A stretch of 64,000 nucleotides of DNA from Candidatus Heimdallarchaeota archaeon (lineage in GTDB: Archaea; Asgardarchaeota; Heimdallarchaeia; Heimdallarchaeales; Heimdallarchaeaceae). Position 1 is the first letter of the stretch. The number at the start of each line of letters is the position of its first letter. The notes beneath the pieces were generated by a model. The model made no database searches. It was not told the DNA's origin and saw only the letters and a program-made list of their open reading frames with translations. Location of the stretch: the NCBI GenBank assembly GCA_019057815.1, contig JAHLWR010000017.1, forward strand, positions 12,019-76,018, read 5' to 3'. A program made the position numbers and the translations under genes. Shown one piece after another: positions 1-15,279 of this stretch.

Positions 1-764
1 TAACTGAAGCTTTTGCTACTGCACATCGGAAACATGCTTCAACATATGGTGTATGTAATTATTTCGATGAGAAGGGTTATGGTTTCTTGATGGAAAAGGA
101 ACTTAAATTTATGTCAATTATCATGGAGAAACCTAAACGTCCGTATACTGTTATCTTGGGAGGTAAAAAAGTATCAGATAAACTTGATGTAATTAAATAC
201 CTCATAGGTCTTGCTGACAATATTATAATTGGTGGTGGAATGGCTTATACATTTTTATTGGCAAAAGGCTATAGGATAGGTAAATCTGTAAGAGATCTAT
301 CTAAACTAGATGAAGTTCGCGATTACTTGGAAGAATCACCTAACTTCAAAACTAATATTTATCTCCCTAGAGATGTTGTTGTCTGTGATGAATATTTATA
401 TCCCAAATTTGTAAAAGTTGTTCCTATTACAGATATTGGGGAGCAACATGTTGGAGTTGACATAGGTCCTGAAACGATTGAAGAATTTAAGAAAGTACTC
501 GATAAATCTAAGCAAGTTGCTTGGAATGGACCATTAGGGATTTTTGAGAACAAGCAATTTGAGACTGGAACAAAGGAAATAGCTAGGTTTTTGATAGAAA
601 AGAAAATATTCACGATAATCGGTGGAGGAGATTCTGCTGCTGCTTTTGAGAAATTTGGATTTCAAAATGAAGTTTCTTTTATTTCAACTGGTGGTGGTGC
701 TAGTCTATATATGATGCAAGGGACAGTTTTACCCGCAATAGAGTGTCTGAGCGATAAAGAATAG
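1..764 (+). CDS. pgk: Phosphoglycerate kinase (5'-truncated by window edge)
   Basis: Frame is open from position 3 (TEAFATAHRKHAS, matching the PGK DAFGTAHRxHAS motif). Also GGKKVSDK, GGGMAYTFL, DIGP, WNGPLGIFE, GGGDS and ISTGGGASL. Confidence 0.97.
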   Translation, partial: TEAFATAHRKHASTYGVCNYFDEKGYGFLMEKELKFMSIIMEKPKRPYTVILGGKKVSDKLDVIKYLIGLADNIIIGGGMAYTFLLAKGYRIGKSVRDLSKLDEVRDYLEESPNFKTNIYLPRDVVVCDEYLYPKFVKVVPITDIGEQHVGVDIGPETIEEFKKVLDKSKQVAWNGPLGIFENKQFETGTKEIARFLIEKKIFTIIGGGDSAAAFEKFGFQNEVSFISTGGGASLYMMQGTVLPAIECLSDKE

Positions 765-786
765 GGTTAAATTGAATTAGTTGTTC

Positions 787-2367
787 TTATATCAAAGATA
801 AAAGCAAGAAGCTTATTAGTGAAATTATGCTTCCTCCAGCAATAGCTAAAAGGTTGACAACGTCATTTCTAATCCATTTAAAACCTGAATAAAACTTTGT
901 TTCATTTCCACAATGTTCCTTTTTTTCAGTGATTTTACTACATATGTTACATTTGTTCAATTTCTGAATGGTACAAGCAAAGATGCTATCTAGATATGAA
1001 CCAGCTATCCCACCAAGAATTATGGAAACGATAAAAACCCACGCTGCAGGTGGAAAAACAACATAATTGTCAACTTGACTTACACCCCAACCTATTAGAG
1101 CTATTAAACTAGCTCCTAGAATTGAACCCAATGTTCCTAATAGTGATATAGCTCCAGGAGAACCTACTTTTACCTTAATCCATGGTTTAATAGCTGAGCG
1201 TGGTTTATTTCTCGAAAGTGTTCCTATCTCAGTCCCTAAAGTGTCTCCTAGACTAGTTGCAATTGCTCCTCCAGCTAAAATTATAAAAATAGGGTTTCTT
1301 ATTAATATTGCAAGAAAAGCAAAAGTTGCAGGCAATAAGCTATTTACCATGGCTTGAACGCTATCTCTAGCTGTACCTCCCTTTTCAAATTCCTCTGATA
1401 TATTTGATTTTTTATTTCTACCAATGAAAGTGAATAAACTTCCCAATACGAAGAATGACATATACATAGCACCCCACGACCATGAAGCTAACCCTAATAT
1501 GATTACACCAAAGTAAAACCCTGATATGGCTCCATCCCATGTCAAAGCTTTTAATGCTATACTTCCAAGCGCTAGAGTAGCTCCAATAATTAGACCTGCG
1601 ATGACAGCACTAAGTGACAAGAACTGGTTAAGGTTTGATAAGTTCTCTTGAAAGATCGTGTATAAAACAAAAAGCGCTACAGCATTTACAGCAGGGATAG
1701 ATATATTATCATAACCTTTTGGTGTTAAAGCTTCTACTATTGCTGTTAAAAATCCAGTTAAAAGACCAATGTAAATCGCGACAACAAGCGTTTGTTTTAG
1801 AATTAAACAGCTGATTGATACAGCACCAAAAGTTGCAAAAGCTCCTGCCCAGCTCCCGAGTAATGTTTTTGTTCCTCCAAAAATTGAGTAAGCTTTGTCG
1901 TGACCAAATTTTGAGCCTATAACAGCACTAATACCATCTCCCCAGACTAAAGGCATAAATGAACCAAGTAGAATAATATTACGTTGATTATAAGGATCTG
2001 GATCAAAGAAGAGAGCGACTAAAATTGTCAAAGATATAGCATAAAACACAGTACCATAGGTATGACCCTCTTCCACCCCCTTTAATTTGAATTTCTCAAT
2101 GGGTGATCCAGGACATGTAAAATAAGTAAAAAATATGAAAAATACCGGTCCAATTAACGCGAACCAAACATTGGAAAAAATGAAGGGCATTACTAAAGCA
2201 ATGTTTCCCACACCTAGATGTACTATTTTTCTTGTTGTACTTCCAGAAACAAGATTTTTCCTTTTTAAAATCTCTGCTAATACAAGAACTGCTAATACAA
2301 AAACAAATAAACCTGCAAGACCTACAATGTCTTTAATTGTGATTTCTGTTGGAAAGTTGAAATCCAT
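787..2367 (-). CDS. Fusion of phytol/dolichol kinase-like domain and DUF92 (TMEM19/VTE6-like) membrane domain
   Basis: N-half has RKIVH, WGDG, GTKT..GS and VEA..PKGYDN (CTP-dependent polyprenol kinase family). C-half has RDSVQAMVN, DTLGTEIG, GAISLLG, DSIFA and NDVVN plus a CxxC..HC motif (DUF92). Confidence 0.85.
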   Translation of the reverse strand: MDFNFPTEITIKDIVGLAGLFVFVLAVLVLAEILKRKNLVSGSTTRKIVHLGVGNIALVMPFIFSNVWFALIGPVFFIFFTYFTCPGSPIEKFKLKGVEEGHTYGTVFYAISLTILVALFFDPDPYNQRNIILLGSFMPLVWGDGISAVIGSKFGHDKAYSIFGGTKTLLGSWAGAFATFGAVSISCLILKQTLVVAIYIGLLTGFLTAIVEALTPKGYDNISIPAVNAVALFVLYTIFQENLSNLNQFLSLSAVIAGLIIGATLALGSIALKALTWDGAISGFYFGVIILGLASWSWGAMYMSFFVLGSLFTFIGRNKKSNISEEFEKGGTARDSVQAMVNSLLPATFAFLAILIRNPIFIILAGGAIATSLGDTLGTEIGTLSRNKPRSAIKPWIKVKVGSPGAISLLGTLGSILGASLIALIGWGVSQVDNYVVFPPAAWVFIVSIILGGIAGSYLDSIFACTIQKLNKCNICSKITEKKEHCGNETKFYSGFKWIRNDVVNLLAIAGGSIISLISFLLLSLI

Positions 2368-2471
2368 GAATTTTTCACCTTAATTACTAATGCAATCCTT
2401 GATTGTTATTCCTATAGTTACTGGAAGCAGAGGAGAGGAATAATAAAAAGTTAACCTTCTTTATATATGTT

Positions 2472-3062
2472 TTATTTTTCACTACTTTCTAAATCTGTTA
2501 GTTTATTTGGAAAATCACCCATCCCTTCACAATGTGGAAGATAATATTGGTCACAGTTAAGACATACTTCTCTGTTTCTTCTTTCTCTTGTCCTCATTAG
2601 CACTTTACGACTAACAAAATAAGTGACTAATGTAACAATGCACACGATAAGAGACCAAATACTCCAACCTTTAATCAATTCAGTAATTGAGAGAATTACA
2701 GTTACAATCGCACTAACCTGACCAATTCCTAATAAAAATCTAAAGAAATCTTTAATCTTTCGGGGAAGGTTGATAAATACTCCTAAAGGCGTAAAAAGGA
2801 AGAGAACCCATGTTGCGATGAAAGCTTCCCAAGATTTTATATCAAGAAATACCAGTATCAAAGGAACCAAAAAGGTTCCAAATATTAACCCTAAATTTAA
2901 GTTCACACATCCTCTGCATAAATCATAAGTTTTTCCCTTAATCGTTAGATGATAAACATGTTCAGAGAAATATTGACATTGAGGGTGATGAGCTAAACGA
3001 TACTTGTATAGCAACCATTTCTCTTTCCTTGGTATTTTTCTTTTATCTTTCAGTTGTTTCAC
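2472..3062 (-). CDS. Hypothetical multi-pass membrane protein with Cys/His clusters (DUF2085-like)
   Basis: HHPQC..H, CRGC, four hydrophobic segments, C-terminal CxxC...C. Confidence 0.6.
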   Translation of the reverse strand: MKQLKDKRKIPRKEKWLLYKYRLAHHPQCQYFSEHVYHLTIKGKTYDLCRGCVNLNLGLIFGTFLVPLILVFLDIKSWEAFIATWVLFLFTPLGVFINLPRKIKDFFRFLLGIGQVSAIVTVILSITELIKGWSIWSLIVCIVTLVTYFVSRKVLMRTRERRNREVCLNCDQYYLPHCEGMGDFPNKLTDLESSEK

Positions 3063-3207
3063 CTTATTAGTCTTTGGAATTTTTACAATGTTTATCTGCT
3101 AGTGAATGAATTTCTTTGAAAATCTTATTTTTGTTTGTTATGTTCAAAATTACTCTAATTAAGCATAACAGAAGTACTCTTCCTTTATGTGGAGTTAAAA
3201 TATATTT

Positions 3208-4431
3208 TCAAGTACTATCCTTTACAATTATTTTGTAGGTTTTGATCAACTTTTTACCAACTACGCTATAATCGTAGTTTTTCAATGCATGTTTTTTAGT
3301 TTCAAAAGCAAACTGACGGCTTTCTTCTATATTTTTTAGTATTTTAACCACTATATCAACTAAAATGTCCTTTCTATTTAATGGAAAAAGCCAACCACTT
3401 CCTGGTGGTAACATTTCATTCATTGGCGGTGCATCTCCCGTTATAACTGGAATTCCACTTGCCATTGCCTCCACAATCGGTGTTCCAAAACTGCCTTCCT
3501 CAGCTGGATAGAGGAGCAGATCACTGATGTTATACGCAATTAGAAGTTCTTCATCATTAACATAACCTGTTATTACTGTGGACTCATCAATCTCATAGTC
3601 AACGATTTTTTCCTTAATTTTTGGTAAAAGTGGTCCATTTCCTATAATGAGAAACATGGTTTTAGGTTCTTCTGCGAGTATGTCAGGGAAGAAATCAACT
3701 ACATCTAATTGTAATTTTCTAGGGATAAAGGGACCAAGTATTAGAACAGTAGGATTTCCTTTCTTCAAATAATATTTATCTCGGAATCCTTCAATATCTT
3801 CAATTTTTGGAATTTGAGAATAAATTTTGCAATTTAAAGGAGCAGGTATGATATAAACTTTTGATTTCAGAGTATCAGTAATTTTTCCTGCTTTGTTTAA
3901 TAACGAAAAAGAAGATGTTATAATAGCATCACAGTACCCAATTGTTTTTCTCAACAATTTTCTGTATCTGCGACGAACAAATAATTTTGATTTTAGTGTT
4001 CCTGTAGTTACAGGGCCATGAGCTGACATTAGTAGAGGAATATTTAACCGATCTTTTTTCTTAGCTTGTGCAAAAGTAAAGACTGATAATTCAATGGAAT
4101 GAACAAGGTCGAAGGGATTTTCATGGTGGAGTTGTTCAAAAATTTTAAAAGCATCTTTTGAAAATTTTACATGATTTTTTGCAAACATATGTGTTTTAGT
4201 GCTATAAACACCTCTCGACGAAATCTTTGTAGGAACGTTGTAGAAATAAACATTCTCTTTCTCTAGAAGTTGATCATTTGATGGTAGTTTTGAGGTAGTT
4301 ACTACGTGGACTTCAATATTATAATTAGAAAGTGAATGTACAAGAGAATAAGCGTATCTTCTCAATCCCACCATTGGACCAGTGTAAGGAGGGCCTATTT
4401 CTAGTGTGGGAATGAACACAGAAAAGCTCAT
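3208..4431 (-). CDS. Glycosyltransferase family 4 (GT-B)
   Basis: EGSFGTPIVEAMASGIPVI motif, IIGNGP and FDLVHS in a 407-aa protein. Confidence 0.92.
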   Translation of the reverse strand: MSFSVFIPTLEIGPPYTGPMVGLRRYAYSLVHSLSNYNIEVHVVTTSKLPSNDQLLEKENVYFYNVPTKISSRGVYSTKTHMFAKNHVKFSKDAFKIFEQLHHENPFDLVHSIELSVFTFAQAKKKDRLNIPLLMSAHGPVTTGTLKSKLFVRRRYRKLLRKTIGYCDAIITSSFSLLNKAGKITDTLKSKVYIIPAPLNCKIYSQIPKIEDIEGFRDKYYLKKGNPTVLILGPFIPRKLQLDVVDFFPDILAEEPKTMFLIIGNGPLLPKIKEKIVDYEIDESTVITGYVNDEELLIAYNISDLLLYPAEEGSFGTPIVEAMASGIPVITGDAPPMNEMLPPGSGWLFPLNRKDILVDIVVKILKNIEESRQFAFETKKHALKNYDYSVVGKKLIKTYKIIVKDST

Positions 4432-4583
4432 ATGAAAATATTGATGTTCACTTCAAAAGCGTTGTGGTTATCATATCCACGTGATATTTTCAGAAAAGAG
4501 GAAAAAAAATCGTCAATATTATTTTCAATAATCTTTCTTGAGATACCGAAATAGACATTAAGCTGTAAAATGTAATTTTAACC

Positions 4584-5363
4584 ATGTCAACAAGCAATCT
4601 AGAAGAAGAAATTCTAATCAGAGCTGAATTTGAAGGGTTATCTTCTGCAATTCTAAAAGAACTAAAAGAATCACTAGATGACATTAAAATTGAATTCATA
4701 ACAGATTTACTTTCTAGTTATGTGAACCTAAATATTAATCCATTTGTTCTAGTTGATTTTCTTCCACATATTTGGAATAAAAATAACTCAAGTGTTAGTT
4801 TACTTCTCTATATTAGTGGAATAGCTCATAAAGCGTTTTATCTCGCACGAGAATACCCTTTAGGTAAGGAACTACCTGTTTATCTGAAAGAAGACATCTT
4901 GAAGATGTATGAGGGATTGCAAAATTTCGTAAAATCTTGTGGAATCGAAGTTAAAACAGAATTAGATGACAAAATAAGTGTTATAATTTCCTTTAAAGAA
5001 TTGATTCAAGAACTAAAAAAAACTTCTCGTTTTCCTCCTAGGTTGAATGAAATCTTGTGCATTATATCTCACCTTTTTCTACAGTTCACTGAATTTAAGA
5101 ACCAAAAAATAAGAACATTAGATGAATTAGTACTCTTTGTGTCTAGATGTCTGATTTTTTGGAAACTAAAGATCCTATCTGATAAAGAACTAGAATTCTG
5201 CATGAAAGAATCAGTAACATTATACTCATCAAAGTTTGATTCCAATGAATTTGAAAAACTACTAAGTCTTGAGGTACAGAATTACCAATTTTTGCAAATG
5301 GGAATAACTCATTCTGATATCAAGATTATAACAAATGTTTACAGTAAAAGTTCAGGATATTAA
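4584..5363 (+). CDS. Hypothetical protein
   Basis: 259-aa ORF filling the gap between flanking genes; no recognised motif. Confidence 0.6.
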   Translation: MSTSNLEEEILIRAEFEGLSSAILKELKESLDDIKIEFITDLLSSYVNLNINPFVLVDFLPHIWNKNNSSVSLLLYISGIAHKAFYLAREYPLGKELPVYLKEDILKMYEGLQNFVKSCGIEVKTELDDKISVIISFKELIQELKKTSRFPPRLNEILCIISHLFLQFTEFKNQKIRTLDELVLFVSRCLIFWKLKILSDKELEFCMKESVTLYSSKFDSNEFEKLLSLEVQNYQFLQMGITHSDIKIITNVYSKSSGY

Positions 5364-5468
5364 GTTTATGAGAAAATAAAAACAACTATACCTTTTAGCT
5401 GGGTGAATGGTGTTCTTGGGACAACCCTCTTATCAACTCTTGTTTTAGTTCTAAGAAAACGAAAATAG
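5364..5468 (+). pseudogene. Orphan C-terminal membrane-anchor coding remnant
   Basis: Reads VYEKIKTTIPFSWVNGVLGTTLLSTLVLVLRKRK* in frame after the TAA at 5361-5363, followed by a T-run. Confidence 0.45.
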
Positions 5469-5480
5469 ACTTTTTTCTTT

Positions 5481-5945
5481 TTATGTATAATTATTTAAAG
5501 TACTATTTACATTATTACATCGTTTTTCAATATAGGATTTGATATCATCTGGTATTTTGTCGCTTTTACAGAAATCATTAGATAGATAACTTAAAAGATT
5601 TGGATTTTCCTGTTTTTTACTATAAATAAATTTGACAACATCACTTAAAACATCTTTGGGAAGAAACCGATTATCCAGCATACTCTTTACATCTTTTATC
5701 TTCTGCATCACTGACATATTACTATCTAGCATTATTGCAGAATGCCATGCTTTTAACGATGAAACTGCAGTTTTATCTGTCCTCTTAACTCCAAACGCCA
5801 TAGCAAATCTCCATTTCTTTACCTCTAAAGAAGAGTTGTCTTCAGCTATAGCTTTTCCCAAAGCAATAGCATTATAGGTTGTAGGTCTTTCACTAAATAT
5901 ATTTTGTAATTCTTTTAGTGAAGATTCTCGAACTTCATCTTCCAT
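5481..5945 (-). CDS. Hypothetical protein
   Basis: 154-aa ORF with ATG start and a GGGG purine run just upstream. Confidence 0.6.
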   Translation of the reverse strand: MEDEVRESSLKELQNIFSERPTTYNAIALGKAIAEDNSSLEVKKWRFAMAFGVKRTDKTAVSSLKAWHSAIMLDSNMSVMQKIKDVKSMLDNRFLPKDVLSDVVKFIYSKKQENPNLLSYLSNDFCKSDKIPDDIKSYIEKRCNNVNSTLNNYT

Positions 5946-6233
5946 ATATAATCCCCATTATGCTGTTCACTGACACAAATATAAATTGTGTGTTCCAATA
6001 TATTCGAACATTAATTGTTATATTATTTCCTAAATGCTTTGACTCTTCGTCTAATATCAATGCAGCCTTCTAAAAAGGTACTTTACTTTAAAGATGATTT
6101 TCTTAACAATGTGTGTTGAAAAAAACACGATAATCTTACATCAACGTCATAATTTTTCTGTTCTATAATCTAAGTCTGTAAATCATATATATTTTTATAA
6201 ATCAGCCACATACTAGCAGTTTAGGCGTAGATA

Positions 6234-7160
6234 TTGAGCGAACCCATTAGTATAACTATAGAATATATGTGCAACTTATGCCAAAAAATAAGGTTAACTA
6301 TTATACCTAAAGTTTTGCAACCAAAAATGAATTCTGCAGGATATGTTGAAATTATAGACGTTCATAATTGCAAGGATGACCAAATGAAAGCAAGCATTCT
6401 TTTTATTGACACTTCCTACACCGTTAGATCTCAAGTATTAGTTAACCCTATTGGAACGAAAAAAGAAAAGAAAAAGCCAGCTTTTGATTTAGGGATACCA
6501 TCGCCAAAAGCTACAGCCTTACCAATACAAACAATAAATCCTATTAGAGAGCTTGATCAACCCTATTTAACAAAAATGATAATTAATGATAATCTAAGGC
6601 AACACATCTATAAATATGAGGTTCTCAAAGAGGGAAAGAATCTTTCACGGAAATCCCCCCTTGGTTTTATAAAAATTAAAGCTACTTTTTCAACAAAAAT
6701 ATCGAATAACATCGTTCAACAATGGTTAGACAAAGTAGCTAAAATACTGGAGTCCATAACCATGTTTGACGAAGGGATGTTGAGTTATCTTTGTGATTAT
6801 CTTACTGATAGAATCCACAAAAGACCTTCAAAACAAGAAATAACGGAATTAGAAGTGTTATTAAACTCAAGTTATACTTTCCCAAAAGCTACTTTGGATC
6901 AGAATGAAATTCTGAATCTTGGAGATGATTGGATTAATCTAATTAAGAATCTGAGTAAAGATGAGATGAAGATGTACAGTTTCATAACAAAAACCAGTTC
7001 AAACAATGTGAAAATGACAACTCTTGGTCTTTATATTGAAATCTTAGAAAAAATTAGTATGTCAATTACATTTTCTCAATTTATGTCTGCAATGGCTAGT
7101 TTGCTACTAAACAAATATATCTCTCTTGAAAAAATAAGTTTTATAACAATAAAAGAGTAA
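6234..7160 (+). CDS. Hypothetical protein with N-terminal CxxC/HxC putative Zn ribbon
   Basis: CNLC...DVHNC; 308-aa ORF; TATA-like TTTTATAA upstream. Confidence 0.65.
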   Translation: MSEPISITIEYMCNLCQKIRLTIIPKVLQPKMNSAGYVEIIDVHNCKDDQMKASILFIDTSYTVRSQVLVNPIGTKKEKKKPAFDLGIPSPKATALPIQTINPIRELDQPYLTKMIINDNLRQHIYKYEVLKEGKNLSRKSPLGFIKIKATFSTKISNNIVQQWLDKVAKILESITMFDEGMLSYLCDYLTDRIHKRPSKQEITELEVLLNSSYTFPKATLDQNEILNLGDDWINLIKNLSKDEMKMYSFITKTSSNNVKMTTLGLYIEILEKISMSITFSQFMSAMASLLLNKYISLEKISFITIKE

Positions 7161-7178
7161 AATGGTGCATATCTATAT

Positions 7179-8363
7179 CTAGTCCATGCTATATGTTCCG
7201 TAAAAAGCTAGAATAGAATAAATCGCCGCACCTTTCCATATAGTTTCTTCATCAACATCAAATTTAGGATGATGGTGAGGATGAATTATGCCCTTTTCCT
7301 CATTATACAACCCTAAGGCAATGAAAACACCTTTTGTTCGTTCTTGATAAAATGAAAAATCTTCTCCTCCTAATGAAAGATTAACTTCCGCGACTGGTCC
7401 TATAGATTCCAGTATTTTCATTGCATTTTCTGTTGTTTGAGGATCGTTAACAGTTGGGGGGTAGTGAATTTTATCAAATTCAACAGAACATTCGCATCTC
7501 CAAGCGCGACTGTATCCTTCAGCAATCTCTGTTATACGTTTGACTATATAATCTCTAACCTCATTATTAAAAGTCCTGAATGTTCCTTTCAATAAAGCCT
7601 CAGGAGGAATAATATTAAATGCATCACTTCCTTTGAAAACTGGTGATGTTATTACTACGTGTTCAATAGGATTTATTTCTCTGGAAACTATTTTCTGTAT
7701 AGCATTATAAATGTCTACAAGAACAGATGTAGGATCAAAAGTTTGATGAGGACTTGCAGCATGACCTCCTTTACCTTTGATTGTTATTGTAAATTTATCA
7801 GAAGAAGCTAAAATTGGTCCTTTTCGGGAGCCAATTATCCCAGAAGGGAGTTCTTGCCAAACATGAAGACCAAAAATAGCGTCAACATCATCCAGATGAC
7901 CATCTTCTATAATCTTAAGTGCTCCTCCACCTCCTTCTTCAGCAGGTTGGAAAATGAATTTAACTTTGCCAGTAAGGTTATCTCGATATTTCCTAATTAT
8001 TCTAGCTGCAGTCAAAAGGGAAGCTGTATGAACATCATGTCCACAGGCATGCATTTTTCCTATGTTTTTGCTTTTATATGGAACATCATTTTCTTCTGTT
8101 AAATTTAATGCGTCTATATCTGCTCTTAATGCTATTGTTTTCCCTTCTTTTTTCCCTTCTAAAATCGCAATAACGCCTGTTTTTGCAGATCTTTGAGTTT
8201 CATAGCCCATTGTTTTTAATTCATTCTCTATATATTGAGCTGTCTTTTCTTCTTCAAATCCTATTTCCGGATACATGTGAATATGTCTTCTTGCATCTAT
8301 AAGATATGATTCTAATGATTTAGCTTCAGCAATAAGTTTATGTTTCAATTCCTCAAATTCCAT
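7179..8363 (-). CDS. M20D family amidohydrolase / carboxypeptidase
   Basis: RRHIHMYPE, LRADIDAL, MHACGHD, FQPAEE, GGHAA.PH, GGEDFS, HHHPKFDVDE. Confidence 0.95.
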   Translation of the reverse strand: MEFEELKHKLIAEAKSLESYLIDARRHIHMYPEIGFEEEKTAQYIENELKTMGYETQRSAKTGVIAILEGKKEGKTIALRADIDALNLTEENDVPYKSKNIGKMHACGHDVHTASLLTAARIIRKYRDNLTGKVKFIFQPAEEGGGGALKIIEDGHLDDVDAIFGLHVWQELPSGIIGSRKGPILASSDKFTITIKGKGGHAASPHQTFDPTSVLVDIYNAIQKIVSREINPIEHVVITSPVFKGSDAFNIIPPEALLKGTFRTFNNEVRDYIVKRITEIAEGYSRAWRCECSVEFDKIHYPPTVNDPQTTENAMKILESIGPVAEVNLSLGGEDFSFYQERTKGVFIALGLYNEEKGIIHPHHHPKFDVDEETIWKGAAIYSILAFYGTYSMD

Positions 8364-8573
8364 GTTTGAAAGTTTTTTTACTGTTTTTTGTATCTTTCGA
8401 TTGTTTTATGATTAGTTAATTGGATCTCATAGAATATTCGTTTCGTAAGGTTTGACAATATGTCAAAAAAAGACCCAATCATAATAACTTTGCTTGAAAA
8501 ACGAAATTAGAGAAAAAGATAAACTCTAATCAGATAATCTTTTTATAGAACCTATAGTATATTATTAAGATGG

Positions 8574-15173
<6,600 letters not shown>

Positions 15174-15279
15174 TGAGATAATAAGCATTGATATTATTAC
15201 CACTGTTATCCTATGATTTTTCTTGTTTATTGACATTACAAATTATTAATAAAGACGTTTGTGGCTATTTGTTATAGAA

